Source: an uncultured Holophagales bacterium
GTDB lineage: Bacteria; Acidobacteriota; Thermoanaerobaculia; UBA5066
Reading direction: 5' to 3'
NCBI GenBank assembly: GCA_964384675.1
Contig: CAYLNK010000001.1
Location: 5,518-69,517, forward strand
DNA length: 64,000 nt
In this document: in pieces, positions 46,075-55,171 of the stretch
How positions within the stretch are numbered: position 1 is the first letter of the stretch
How the letters are laid out: every line of letters starts with the position of its first letter
Notes under the pieces: generated by a model
What the model was told of the DNA's origin: nothing
Database searches by the model: none
Seen by the model: the letters and a program-made list of their open reading frames with translations, nothing else
Made by a program: the position numbers and the translations under genes

Positions 46075-47913
46075 ATGAGTGACGCGTTACCGGCCCGTAC
46101 GCTCCTCGACTACTTCAAGCACGCCGCCTCGAGCGGGAAGGCCGAGCTCCTGGTCTCGAAGGTCAACGGCGCCTGGACGCCGGTCTCGGCCGAGGAGTTC
46201 GGCCGCAAGACACGCGGCTTCTCGCTCGGGCTCGCGTCGCTGGGGGTCGACCGTGGCGACCGGGTGGCGATCCTCTCGGAGAACCGGCCGGAGTGGCCGA
46301 TCACCGACTTCGCCACGCTCGCCCTCGGCGCCATGACGGTGCCCATCTACACGACGTACTTCGCGCCGCAGGTGGAGTACATCCTGCGGGACTCCGAGGC
46401 GAAGGTCATCGTCGTCTCGAGCACGGCCGAGCTCGCCAAGGTGATGGACGGGCGCTCCCGCTGCCCGGACCTCCAGTTCGTGGTGCTGGTCGAGGGGGAC
46501 GTCCCGAACCAGCCCGGCGTCGTCACGTTCGACAGCGTCATCCGGCGAGGCGAGCAGATCCTCAAGCAGAACCCCAACGACTTCGAGGAGCGGATGTCCA
46601 CGGTCGAGCCCGAGGACTTCGCCACCATGATCTACACGTCGGGGACCACGGGGGAGCCGAAGGGCGCGGTCCTCTCCCACGGGAACTTCGTCTCCAACGT
46701 GAAGACCACCTCCACGCTCTTCGAGGCCAGCGACCAGATGGTGGCCCTCTCCTTCCTGCCGCTCGCGCACGTCTTCGAGAGGATGGGGGACTACCTCTAC
46801 TTCTCGCGGCGGGTCACCATCGCCTACGCGGAGTCGATCGAGAAGCTGGCGGACAACTTCGCCGAGATCAAGCCGCACTTCTTCGCGGCTGTGCCGCGTG
46901 TGTACGAGAAGATCCTGGCCCGGGTGATGGCGGCCATCGAGCAGGCGCCCACCCTGCGCCGCAAGATCTTCGAGTGGGGGACGAAGACCGGCAAGGACTA
47001 CGCCGCGCTCGTCGAGCACAAGCAAGCGGTCCCCGGCTTCCTCGACTTCAAGTACAAGCTGGCCGACAAGCTCGTCTTCTCGAAGATCAAGGCGCGTCTC
47101 GGCGGCCGCTTCCTCTTCGCGATCTCGGGAGGCGCGCCCCTTTCGAAGGAGGTGGCCGAGTTCTTCTGGGGCGCGGGCGTGCAGATCTTCGAGGGGTACG
47201 GGCTCACCGAGACGAGCCCCGTCCTCACCTGCAACCGGCCCGGCGACTACCGGCTCGGCACGGTCGGCAAGCCGCTCCCGGGCGTGACCATCAAGCTGGC
47301 CGAGGACGGCGAGGTGCTGGCCAAGGGTCCGAACATCATGTGGGGCTACTGGAAGAAGCCGGAGGAGACCGCCAAGGTGTTCGACCCGGAGGGTTGGTTC
47401 CACACCGGCGACGTCGGGGTGATCGACAACGACGGGTTCCTCACCCTGACCGACCGGAAGAAGGAGATCCTGGTCAACTCGAACGGCAAGAACATCGCGC
47501 CGGCGCCGATCGAGGGCGCTCTCAAGATGGTCCGCTACGTCGGCTCGGCCGTGCTGATCGGCGACCGCCGCAAGTTCCTCTCGGCCCTCATCGTCCCGAA
47601 CTTCGAACGGCTCGAGAGCTGGGCCATCGCGAACGGGGTCGACTTCCGGTCCCGGGACGACCTGATCCGGAGCCCGAAGGTCCGCGGCCTCTACCAGCAG
47701 GCGATCGACATCATCAACGGTGACGAGCCGTCGGAGAGGTGCATCCGCGCCTTCGCCCTGGTGGGAACCGACTTCTCGATCGAGGGCGGAGAGCTGACGC
47801 CGACGCTGAAGGTGAAGCGCCGCGTGATCGTCACGAAGTACAAGGAGCTGATCGACGCGATCTACGACCAGGCCGAGGCGCAAGGGGTGGCGCTCTCGGC
47901 CGAGGAGGAGTAG
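46075..47913 (+). CDS. Long-chain-fatty-acid--CoA ligase (AMP-dependent synthetase/ligase).
   Basis: RBS GGAGGGAGAGAAGG precedes ATG 46075. AMP-binding signature IYTSGTTGEPKGAVLSHGN; GYGLTETS; ...GWFHTGDVGVIDNDGFLTLTDRKKE. Confidence 0.9.
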   Translation: MSDALPARTLLDYFKHAASSGKAELLVSKVNGAWTPVSAEEFGRKTRGFSLGLASLGVDRGDRVAILSENRPEWPITDFATLALGAMTVPIYTTYFAPQVEYILRDSEAKVIVVSSTAELAKVMDGRSRCPDLQFVVLVEGDVPNQPGVVTFDSVIRRGEQILKQNPNDFEERMSTVEPEDFATMIYTSGTTGEPKGAVLSHGNFVSNVKTTSTLFEASDQMVALSFLPLAHVFERMGDYLYFSRRVTIAYAESIEKLADNFAEIKPHFFAAVPRVYEKILARVMAAIEQAPTLRRKIFEWGTKTGKDYAALVEHKQAVPGFLDFKYKLADKLVFSKIKARLGGRFLFAISGGAPLSKEVAEFFWGAGVQIFEGYGLTETSPVLTCNRPGDYRLGTVGKPLPGVTIKLAEDGEVLAKGPNIMWGYWKKPEETAKVFDPEGWFHTGDVGVIDNDGFLTLTDRKKEILVNSNGKNIAPAPIEGALKMVRYVGSAVLIGDRRKFLSALIVPNFERLESWAIANGVDFRSRDDLIRSPKVRGLYQQAIDIINGDEPSERCIRAFALVGTDFSIEGGELTPTLKVKRRVIVTKYKELIDAIYDQAEAQGVALSAEEE

Positions 47914-47919
47914 GCGGCC

Positions 47920-48492
47920 TCAGAGCCGCGCGGCGAGCTTCCGGAGCATCCGGGTCGAGCCCGGCTCGTTCATGAGGCGGGCCGCCTCGTCCAGGTCGAA
48001 CCAGGCGAGCGCCACGGACTCGGCGTCGTCCCGAAGGATCTCGTCCGGGCGTTCGGTCAACGCCGCGTAGCGGACGTCGTGGTGAAGGTGGTGCGGCTCG
48101 CCCTTCGCCGCCGGGATGTCGTGGACGTGGACGTCGAGGATCGACGGGGAGAGGAGCGTCAGGTCGGAGAGGCCCGACTCTTCCTGGCCCTCCCGCAGGG
48201 CGGTGATCGCGGCGTCGCGGTCCCCCTCGTCGTGGCCGCCCATCTGGAGCCAGCGGCCGAGGCGACGGTGGTGGTGGAGGAGCACCTTCCCCGTGGCGCG
48301 GCAGGCGATGAAGACGCTGCCGGTGACGTGGCCCGGCGCGTAGTGCCGGCGCGAGAAGCACTCCGGCGACGACTCCACGAGGGTGACGATGGCGTCGCGG
48401 TCGCGCGCCTCCTCGGCGTCGGCGGGGACGAGAGCCAGCAGGGAAGCGCGAAGCGCGGCGCGGGGCGGGTCCAGCGGACCGGGCTCGGTCAC
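47920..48492 (-). CDS. NUDIX hydrolase.
   Basis: About 190 aa. NUDIX box GGHDEGDRDAAITALREGQEESGL. GTG start overlaps the amidohydrolase stop (GTGA). The 5' part of track ORF 47920..50235 is rejected. Confidence 0.75.
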   Translation of the reverse strand: MTEPGPLDPPRAALRASLLALVPADAEEARDRDAIVTLVESSPECFSRRHYAPGHVTGSVFIACRATGKVLLHHHRRLGRWLQMGGHDEGDRDAAITALREGQEESGLSDLTLLSPSILDVHVHDIPAAKGEPHHLHHDVRYAALTERPDEILRDDAESVALAWFDLDEAARLMNEPGSTRMLRKLAARL

Positions 48493-50141
48493 CGCCCCGC
48501 CTCGAAGACGACGCGCCCACCCACGACCGTCAGCTCGACCGGAGTCGTCAGGATCTTCCGCGGGTCGCTCGCCTCGGCGGCGAAGAGGTCGGCCCCGAAG
48601 ACCACCAGGTCGGCCAGCTTTCCTGGCTCGAGCGTCCCCTTCCGGTCCTCGGTCCCCTCCGCGTACGCGCTCCCCCGGGTGTAGAGGTCGAGGGCCTCCG
48701 CCAGCGTCAGCTTTTCCTCCGGCTTGAACCCTCCCTTCGGGCCGCCGCCGTCCGGCGCCTCGCGGGCCACGGCCGAGTAGAGGCCGCGCCGCGGGTCGAG
48801 CGGCTCGACCGACCAGTCGGTGCCGAAGGCGACGTGGATCCCCCTGGCGAGGAAGGCGCGCGCGTTGTAGGCGTCCTTCAGGCGCTCCTTGCCGATCCGC
48901 TTCTCGGCCCAGCGCATGTCGGTGGTGGCGTGCGTCGGCTGGATCGAGGCGATGACGCCCAGGTCGCGGTAGCGGTCGAGGTCCGCCGCGCGCACCACCT
49001 GCGCGTGCTCGATCCGGAAGCGCCGGTCGCGGCGCCCGTGCTTCGCGACGATCGCCGCGACGGCGTCGAGCACAAGCGCGTTGGCGCGGTCGCCGATGGC
49101 GTGGACGGCGAGCTGAAGTCCGTGGCGGTCGGCCTCCTCCACCATCCGGGAGAGCTCGGGGATCGGGGTGACGAAGAGGCCGGACGTCTTCGGGTCGTCG
49201 GCGTACGGCGCGAAGAACGCCGCGGTGCCGGCGCCCATCGAGCCGTCGGCGTACAGCTTCACGGCGCCGACGCGCACCCAGTCGTCGCCGAGCCCGGTGG
49301 AGACGCCCCCGGCGATCAGGGCCGGGAGCGTCTCGGCGGCGCGCCAGACGTTGATCCGCGCGGTCAGCTCGCCGGCCCGCGCCAGCTCGACGTAGGTCCG
49401 GAGGGCGTCGGCGTCGGAGGCGTCCTGCAGCGACGTGACGCCGAGCCGGGCGGCCTCCTTCAGGGCGCCCCGCACGGCGCGGAGGTTCTGCTCGTGGGTC
49501 GCGGGCGGGACGACCTTCGCCACCAGATCGATCGCGTTGTCCTTCAGGATTCCGGTCGGCTCGCCCGCGGCGTCCCTCACGATCGTGCCGCCTTCGGGAT
49601 CGGGCGTCGTGCGGTCGATCCGGGCGGCCGCGAGTGCCGCTCCGTTCGCGAGCGCCATGTGCCCGTCGACGCGGTCGACGAGGACCGGGTTGTGGGGTGT
49701 GACGCGGTCGAGAGACGCGCGAGCGGGCGGCCTCTTCGACGGCCACGTCTCGTGGTCCCAGCGCCCGCCCAGCACCCACTCGCCCTTCCTGAGCCCCTTC
49801 ACGTGCTCGCCCACGCGGCGGGCCATCTCCTCCTCGTCGCGCGAGCTCCGGAGGTCCACGGAGAGGAGTCCGTGCCCGCTGGAGAGGACGTGGGTGTGCG
49901 CGTCGTTGATCCCCGGGACGACGAGCCGCCCGGCGAGGGGGACGACGCGGGTGGTCTTGCCGATCCACGGGGCGACCTCGGCGTCGGAGCCGATCGCGAC
50001 GATGCGGCCGTCGGCGATGGCGACCGCGGTGGCGGCCGGAAGGCCCTTGCCGGGCCAGATCTTCCCGCCGGTGAGGACGAGCGTGGCCTCGCGGGGGAGG
50101 GCGAGGAGAGCCGGGAGGACGAGCGACAGGCCGATCACCAT
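48489..50141 (-). CDS. Secreted amidohydrolase-family protein (Amidohydro_3 / YtcJ-like).
   Basis: Signal peptide MVIGLSLVLPALLALP. Metal-binding motifs INDAHTHV, ...AVHAIGD..., FGTDWSVEP. 550 aa. Confidence 0.85.
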   Translation of the reverse strand: MVIGLSLVLPALLALPREATLVLTGGKIWPGKGLPAATAVAIADGRIVAIGSDAEVAPWIGKTTRVVPLAGRLVVPGINDAHTHVLSSGHGLLSVDLRSSRDEEEMARRVGEHVKGLRKGEWVLGGRWDHETWPSKRPPARASLDRVTPHNPVLVDRVDGHMALANGAALAAARIDRTTPDPEGGTIVRDAAGEPTGILKDNAIDLVAKVVPPATHEQNLRAVRGALKEAARLGVTSLQDASDADALRTYVELARAGELTARINVWRAAETLPALIAGGVSTGLGDDWVRVGAVKLYADGSMGAGTAAFFAPYADDPKTSGLFVTPIPELSRMVEEADRHGLQLAVHAIGDRANALVLDAVAAIVAKHGRRDRRFRIEHAQVVRAADLDRYRDLGVIASIQPTHATTDMRWAEKRIGKERLKDAYNARAFLARGIHVAFGTDWSVEPLDPRRGLYSAVAREAPDGGGPKGGFKPEEKLTLAEALDLYTRGSAYAEGTEDRKGTLEPGKLADLVVFGADLFAAEASDPRKILTTPVELTVVGGRVVFEAGR

Positions 50142-50216
50142 GCCGCGAGGTTACCTTCGACCGGGGCGGGAGCGGAGCCTGGATCACGACCTCGGGCCGG
50201 CGGCCTAAGATGGGAC

Positions 50217-53200
50217 GTGCGCGGTGCGGCGGCATTCCTGAGCGTCGGGCTCGCCCTGGCCGGCGCGGGGCGCGTCGCGGCGGCCGCCGGCGTCCTCCCT
50301 CCGGATCCGCGCTACGTTTTCGAGCACGTCGGCGAGGAGAAGGGCTTCGCGACGCGGACGGTGGTCTCCCTCTGCCAGGACCGCGAGGGGTTCCTCTGGG
50401 TCGGCACGCTGAACGGTCTCCATCGCTTCGACGGCGCGTCGTTCCAGCTGCTCTCCGGCCCGGGGGGCGTGCCCGAGACGGCCGTCTACTCCGTGCGAGA
50501 GGCGCCCGACGGCACGCTCTTCGTCTCGACCGGCGCGGGCCTCTACCAGCGCGCCCGTGGGCGGTTCGAGAAGGTGTCGCTCCCCGCGCAGGCGGATTCG
50601 CTGGAGGCCTTCGAGCCTTTCGCCTTCGACGGACGGGGGCGCCTCCTCGTGGCCACGTCGTCGGGCCTCCTCCGCCGCACGGACGGCGTCATCGAGCCGA
50701 TCGGCCCGCCCCTGCCGGTCTCGGCCGTTCACGCCTCGCCGGCGGGCGAGCTCTGGTGCGCGAGCGGCACACGGGCCTTCAGGCTGACGCCGACCGGTGC
50801 GGTCGCCCACGAGGTCTCCGGCCTCCCGGGAGACGCGGTCCGGTCGTTCGCGTCCGCTCCGGACGGTACCCTCTGGATCCGGACGGCCCGCCACCTCCTG
50901 CGGCGGGACGGGGATCGCTTCGTGCTCGACGACGACGGTCTGCCGGGCGGAAACGACTACGGCGGGCCGTTCGCCGACCGGTTCGGGGAGCTGTGGGTCC
51001 CGACCCCGGTCGGACTCTACCGCCGCGAGGCGGGGCGCTGGCGCCGGCTCGGACGCGCGCAGGGGATGGGAGCCAACGCCGTGATCGCCGTGACCGAGGA
51101 CCGCGAGGGAGCGCTCTGGATCGGTTTCGGCGGCGCGGGCCTCGACCGGTGGCCGGGACGGCGCCTCTGGTCGGCCTGGGGCGCCGAGGAAGGCCTTCCG
51201 AACGAGGTCGTCTGGGGGATGGTGCGCGACCCCGCGGGTCGGCTCCTCATCGCCACGAGCGACGGGCTCGCCATCGTCGATCCGGGGCGGCCCGGGATCC
51301 GTGTCGTGAACGAGAGAGACGGCCTGGCCGGCCGGACGGTGCGCCACCTCGCCGCCGCGTCGGACGGCTCCGTCTGGGCCCTCTCGGTGCCCGGAGGCCT
51401 CTCGCGAATCGATCCTTCGCGGGGGACCGCGCGCGCGATCCACGATCTCCCCGAGCCGCCCGTCAACGTCTCGGCGTCGCCCGACGGGACGCCGTACCTG
51501 GTGAGCCGGAACCACGTCTTTCGGCTCGGGGACCGTCTCCTCGAGCTGCCGTTCCCGTCCGGGCTCGAAGGGATGGCGGGCCGCCTGGTCGCGGCGAACG
51601 GCGGCGTCCTCTGGGAACGGAGCCGCTCGGGGCTCTTCCGCTTCGACGGGACGCGCTGGAGGCTCTTCACCGAAGCCGACGGCCTCCTCCCCGGCGCCGT
51701 CGACGAGGTGGGCGCGGTGACCGCGGACGAGGCCTGGGTTCGCTATCGCTCCTCACCGGCCATCTCCCGGGTGCGGCTCCGCGGAGGCGGGCTCGACGTC
51801 CGGCATTTCCGGCGATCCGACGGGCTCCTCGACACCGCGCCGTTCTTCATCGGCCGCGACGCGGGCGGGCGGGTCTTCCTCGGAGGCGAGAACGGGATCT
51901 CCGTCGTGGCGCCGGACGGACGGGTCCGGAGCCTCACCCGCGCGGACGGGCTGATCTGGAACGACTGCTCCGACGGGGCGTTCCTGGCGGAGCCGGACGG
52001 CAGCGTGCTCGTCGGCACCAGCCGGGGGCTCGCGCGGTACGACCCGACCGGAGGGGAGGAGCTTCCGGGGGCGCCCGCGGTGGCGTTGACCTCGGTCACG
52101 CTGGGCGGGCGGGAGGCGATCCCCGGAGGGGAGGTGCCGTGGAGCCGGCGCCTCCTGGTGGCCCGGTTCGCGGCGCTGACGTACCGCAGCCGCGGCGACG
52201 TGCGCTTCCGGTACCGGCTCTCGGGCCTCGAGTCCGAGGCGACCGAGACCGCGCTGCGGGAGGCGCGCTATCCGGCCCTGCCGGCCGGCACCTATCGGTT
52301 CGAGGTGTCGTGCCGCTCCGCCGCCGGGCTCTGGAGCGCACGTCCGGCCGCCTTCGATCTGACGATCCTGCCCCCGTGGTGGCAGACGTGGCCGTTCCGG
52401 CTCGGCGTCGCGGTCGTGGTCCTCGCGGCCGGCGCCGGGGCGGTCAAGCTGCGTGTGGCCCGCCTGGAGCGCCGTCAGGCGCAGCTCGAGGCGCAGGTGA
52501 CGGAGCGGACGCGCCTCCTGGACGAGCGGAATCGCGACCTTCAGCGGGCCAACCTGCGGCTCGGGGAAGCCCAGAAGCGGCTGGCGGACCTGCAGCTGAG
52601 CGCTCCCGACAGCCTCGGCAGCCTGGGCGACTGGGGGCGCCGGCTGGCCGGGGAGACCGCGCGGATGGCCGGGCTCGAGGCGCTCGACGTCTTCCGCCGC
52701 AACGGTGAGACGGTGACGCCGCTCTTCCCCACGACACGCCCGGTGCCGTCGGCGGACGAGCTGCGCGCCGCGGCGGGATTCGGCGGGGCCGCCCCGCGGG
52801 GGACCGGACTGGTTCCGGTCCTGGGTCCGACCGGAGAGCTGCACGGCGCTCTCGCGATCGACGGTTCGCTGGACCGTCTGGGCGACGTCGAGCGTCAGCT
52901 CCTCGAGACGCTGGCGCGCCACCTCGGGACGACCCTCGACATGGCGAGCCTGCGGCGCAGGCTACAGGACGCCCAGAACGAGAGGGAGGCGAGCCGGGTG
53001 GAGCTCCATCGCAGGGGGATCGACACGCTCCGCGAATGCCCTCGCTGCGGCCGCTGCTACGACCAGCGTCTCGAGCGGTGCGAAGCGGACGGCGCGGAGC
53101 TCGCGTCGACGCGGCTGCTGCCGCTCCGGCTCGGGGGCCGCTACCGGCTGCGCCGGCTCCTCGGCGAGGGCGGCATGGGAGCCGTCTTCCTGGCCGTCGA

Positions 53201-54038
53201 CGAAGCGACGGGCTTGCGACGGGCGGTCAAGATCGTGCGGGCCGAGCACCTCAACGACGTGGTCGTGAGGACGCGGTTCGAGCGCGAGGCGCAGCTGGTG
53301 GCGCGTATCGCTCACCCGGGCGTCGTGAGCCACGTCGACTCCGGCGAGCTGCCGGACGGCTCGAGGTTCCTCGTCATGGAGCTTCTCGAGGGCTTCGACC
53401 TGGGACGGATCCTCGAGGCTCGCGGTCCCGGCACCCCAGCCCAGGTGGCCGAGGTCCTGCGCCAGGCCGGTGCGGCCCTCCAGGCGGCGCACCTCCTCGG
53501 CGTCCTGCACCGCGACCTGAAGCCGTCGAACCTGTTCCTGCAGCCGCGCCCGGATGGCTTCGAGGTGAAGGTCGTCGACTTCGGCCTCGCCAAGTCGATG
53601 GGCGAGAAGAGCAAGGCCACCCAGACGGGCTTCGTGGTCGGGAGCCCGATGTACATGTCCCCCGAGCAGATCCGGGAGGAGAGCCTGGACGGACGCTCCG
53701 ATCTTTTCTCGCTCGCGTCGGTGGGCTACGAGCTCCTCACCGGCGTGGCCCCCTTCGAGGGTCCGAACGTCGCGGAGATCTTCACCCGCATCCTCCAGCA
53801 GGCGCCGGCATCGTTCACCAGGTACCTGCCCGGCTTCCCGCCCGACGTGGAGGCGGTCTACACCTCGGCCTTCGAGAAGAAGCCGGCGCGACGTCCCGCC
53901 GGGGTCGGAGCCTGGGTGGCGCGCGTGGTTCCGGCGCTGGAGGGCGTTCCGCCGACCGTGTCCGGCTGGCCGATCCCGGCGATTCGTGCCGAGGCGGCGG
54001 CGTTCGTGTCCGGGTTCGTTGCAGAATCCGCCGGATGA
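50217..54038 (+). CDS. Transmembrane sensor Ser/Thr protein kinase: signal peptide, two-component-regulator-propeller repeats, Y_Y_Y domain, TM, GAF-like domain, Cys4 zinc-ribbon-like motif, C-terminal Hanks-type kinase domain.
   Basis: GTG start with signal MRGAAAFLSVGLALAGAGRVAAAAG. Repeated G(L/I)xRFDG propeller motifs. Y_Y_Y: DVRFRYRLSGLES...GTYRFEV. TM: WPFRLGVAVVVLAAGAGAV. Zinc-ribbon-like CPRCGRCYDQRLERC. Kinase: LLGEGGMGAVFLAVD...AVKIV, HRDLKPSNLFL, DFGLAKS, GSPMYMSPEQ. Confidence 0.8.
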   Translation: MRGAAAFLSVGLALAGAGRVAAAAGVLPPDPRYVFEHVGEEKGFATRTVVSLCQDREGFLWVGTLNGLHRFDGASFQLLSGPGGVPETAVYSVREAPDGTLFVSTGAGLYQRARGRFEKVSLPAQADSLEAFEPFAFDGRGRLLVATSSGLLRRTDGVIEPIGPPLPVSAVHASPAGELWCASGTRAFRLTPTGAVAHEVSGLPGDAVRSFASAPDGTLWIRTARHLLRRDGDRFVLDDDGLPGGNDYGGPFADRFGELWVPTPVGLYRREAGRWRRLGRAQGMGANAVIAVTEDREGALWIGFGGAGLDRWPGRRLWSAWGAEEGLPNEVVWGMVRDPAGRLLIATSDGLAIVDPGRPGIRVVNERDGLAGRTVRHLAAASDGSVWALSVPGGLSRIDPSRGTARAIHDLPEPPVNVSASPDGTPYLVSRNHVFRLGDRLLELPFPSGLEGMAGRLVAANGGVLWERSRSGLFRFDGTRWRLFTEADGLLPGAVDEVGAVTADEAWVRYRSSPAISRVRLRGGGLDVRHFRRSDGLLDTAPFFIGRDAGGRVFLGGENGISVVAPDGRVRSLTRADGLIWNDCSDGAFLAEPDGSVLVGTSRGLARYDPTGGEELPGAPAVALTSVTLGGREAIPGGEVPWSRRLLVARFAALTYRSRGDVRFRYRLSGLESEATETALREARYPALPAGTYRFEVSCRSAAGLWSARPAAFDLTILPPWWQTWPFRLGVAVVVLAAGAGAVKLRVARLERRQAQLEAQVTERTRLLDERNRDLQRANLRLGEAQKRLADLQLSAPDSLGSLGDWGRRLAGETARMAGLEALDVFRRNGETVTPLFPTTRPVPSADELRAAAGFGGAAPRGTGLVPVLGPTGELHGALAIDGSLDRLGDVERQLLETLARHLGTTLDMASLRRRLQDAQNEREASRVELHRRGIDTLRECPRCGRCYDQRLERCEADGAELASTRLLPLRLGGRYRLRRLLGEGGMGAVFLAVDEATGLRRAVKIVRAEHLNDVVVRTRFEREAQLVARIAHPGVVSHVDSGELPDGSRFLVMELLEGFDLGRILEARGPGTPAQVAEVLRQAGAALQAAHLLGVLHRDLKPSNLFLQPRPDGFEVKVVDFGLAKSMGEKSKATQTGFVVGSPMYMSPEQIREESLDGRSDLFSLASVGYELLTGVAPFEGPNVAEIFTRILQQAPASFTRYLPGFPPDVEAVYTSAFEKKPARRPAGVGAWVARVVPALEGVPPTVSGWPIPAIRAEAAAFVSGFVAESAG

Positions 54039-55171
54039 CACGGGCCCCCCGGGTGCTGTTCGCGACGATGAGCGCGCCGTCCGCCGAGGGCCAGGGCGGG
54101 CATCACCGTTCGTACCAGATCGTGCACGACCTCGGGGCGCTGGTAGGACCCGGACGGGTGACCACCCTCTGTCTCTCTGAGGAACGGGGGCCAGCCACCG
54201 GCGCGCAGAGGCTCTCCTGGAAGAGGAGGCGGCTCTCGGACCTCGTGAGGAACCGGCGACGGGTCCGGGGCGGGTCCGACTACTCGCCTCGGGCCTACGT
54301 GCAGGAGGCCGGTCTCGAGGAGTACAGGCGCGCGCTCGACCCGGAGCGGCCGGACGTCTGCCTCACCGATCACTCCGGGATCGCCGCCGGACTCCTGCCC
54401 ATGAACGAGCGCGCCGGGATCCCGACGGTGATCCTCCCGCAGAACATCGAGTCGCTCGACTGGGTCCGGCCCGGCCGGCTGGCCACGGCGATCGCCGACC
54501 TCGGTGACGAGCTGTCGATCCTCTCCGCGTGCGTCGCGCGGCTCTGCATCTCCCGCGTGGAGGCCGGGTTCCTCGGCGGACTCGGCCTGCCGTCGCGCTA
54601 CTACCCGTACCGGCCCGTCGCCGACCTGGAGTCCACGCTGCTCGGGATCCGGGCCGAACGGGCGGTGCGCCGTGAGCCGGGCTTGCTCCTCCTCCTCGGC
54701 TCGGCGGTTCACCGCACCACGGGCGAAGCGTTCGCGTGGCTGCTCCGCGGGATCCGGGAGCACGGCCTGCCGCCGGGGGTGACGCTCCTGGTGGCGGGCA
54801 AGTCGACGGAGTCGCTGCTCCCCCGGGGAGAAAGCGTGCCCGGGGTGGAGGTGCTGGGCACCGTCACGCCGGCGGCGCTTCGAGGGGTGCTCACTCGTGC
54901 GGCCGCGGTACTGGTCCCGCAGCGCCGGGGATTCGGCGCGCTCACCCGGCTCTCCGAGATGTCGTGCGCGGGGATCCCGTATGCGGTTTCGGAGCATGCC
55001 TGCCTGGCGCTCGACCTTCCGCCGGGCGCCACACCCGTCGGCGACGACGTGGCCGAGTGGCTGGCCGTCATGGGGGAGATGGCGCGGGGAGAGGACACAC
55101 CGCTGCCCGAGTATGTCGCCTGGCGGGACCGTCAGCGCGGCCTGCCGGGCGACGTCTTCCGGCCTTCCTGA
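54035..55171 (+). CDS. Putative GT-B glycosyltransferase (group-1/GT4-like, divergent), translationally coupled to the sensor kinase gene.
   Basis: ATG 54035 overlaps the upstream stop (ATGA). N-terminus VLFATMSAPSAEGQGGHH is like the GT4 Gly-rich start. C-terminus ...RRGFGALTRLSEMSCAGIPYAVSE resembles the E-x7-E/GFG motif region. The upstream part of track ORF 53036.. is rejected. Confidence 0.5.
   Translation: MTRAPRVLFATMSAPSAEGQGGHHRSYQIVHDLGALVGPGRVTTLCLSEERGPATGAQRLSWKRRRLSDLVRNRRRVRGGSDYSPRAYVQEAGLEEYRRALDPERPDVCLTDHSGIAAGLLPMNERAGIPTVILPQNIESLDWVRPGRLATAIADLGDELSILSACVARLCISRVEAGFLGGLGLPSRYYPYRPVADLESTLLGIRAERAVRREPGLLLLLGSAVHRTTGEAFAWLLRGIREHGLPPGVTLLVAGKSTESLLPRGESVPGVEVLGTVTPAALRGVLTRAAAVLVPQRRGFGALTRLSEMSCAGIPYAVSEHACLALDLPPGATPVGDDVAEWLAVMGEMARGEDTPLPEYVAWRDRQRGLPGDVFRPS

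Noticed and set aside
50209-50211. ATG at 50209-50211 (track ORF 50210..52708) just upstream of the sensor-kinase GTG start.
   Set aside because: It is in a different frame from the propeller/Y_Y_Y/kinase reading frame and its translation is Arg/Gly junk. Using it would require a frameshift.
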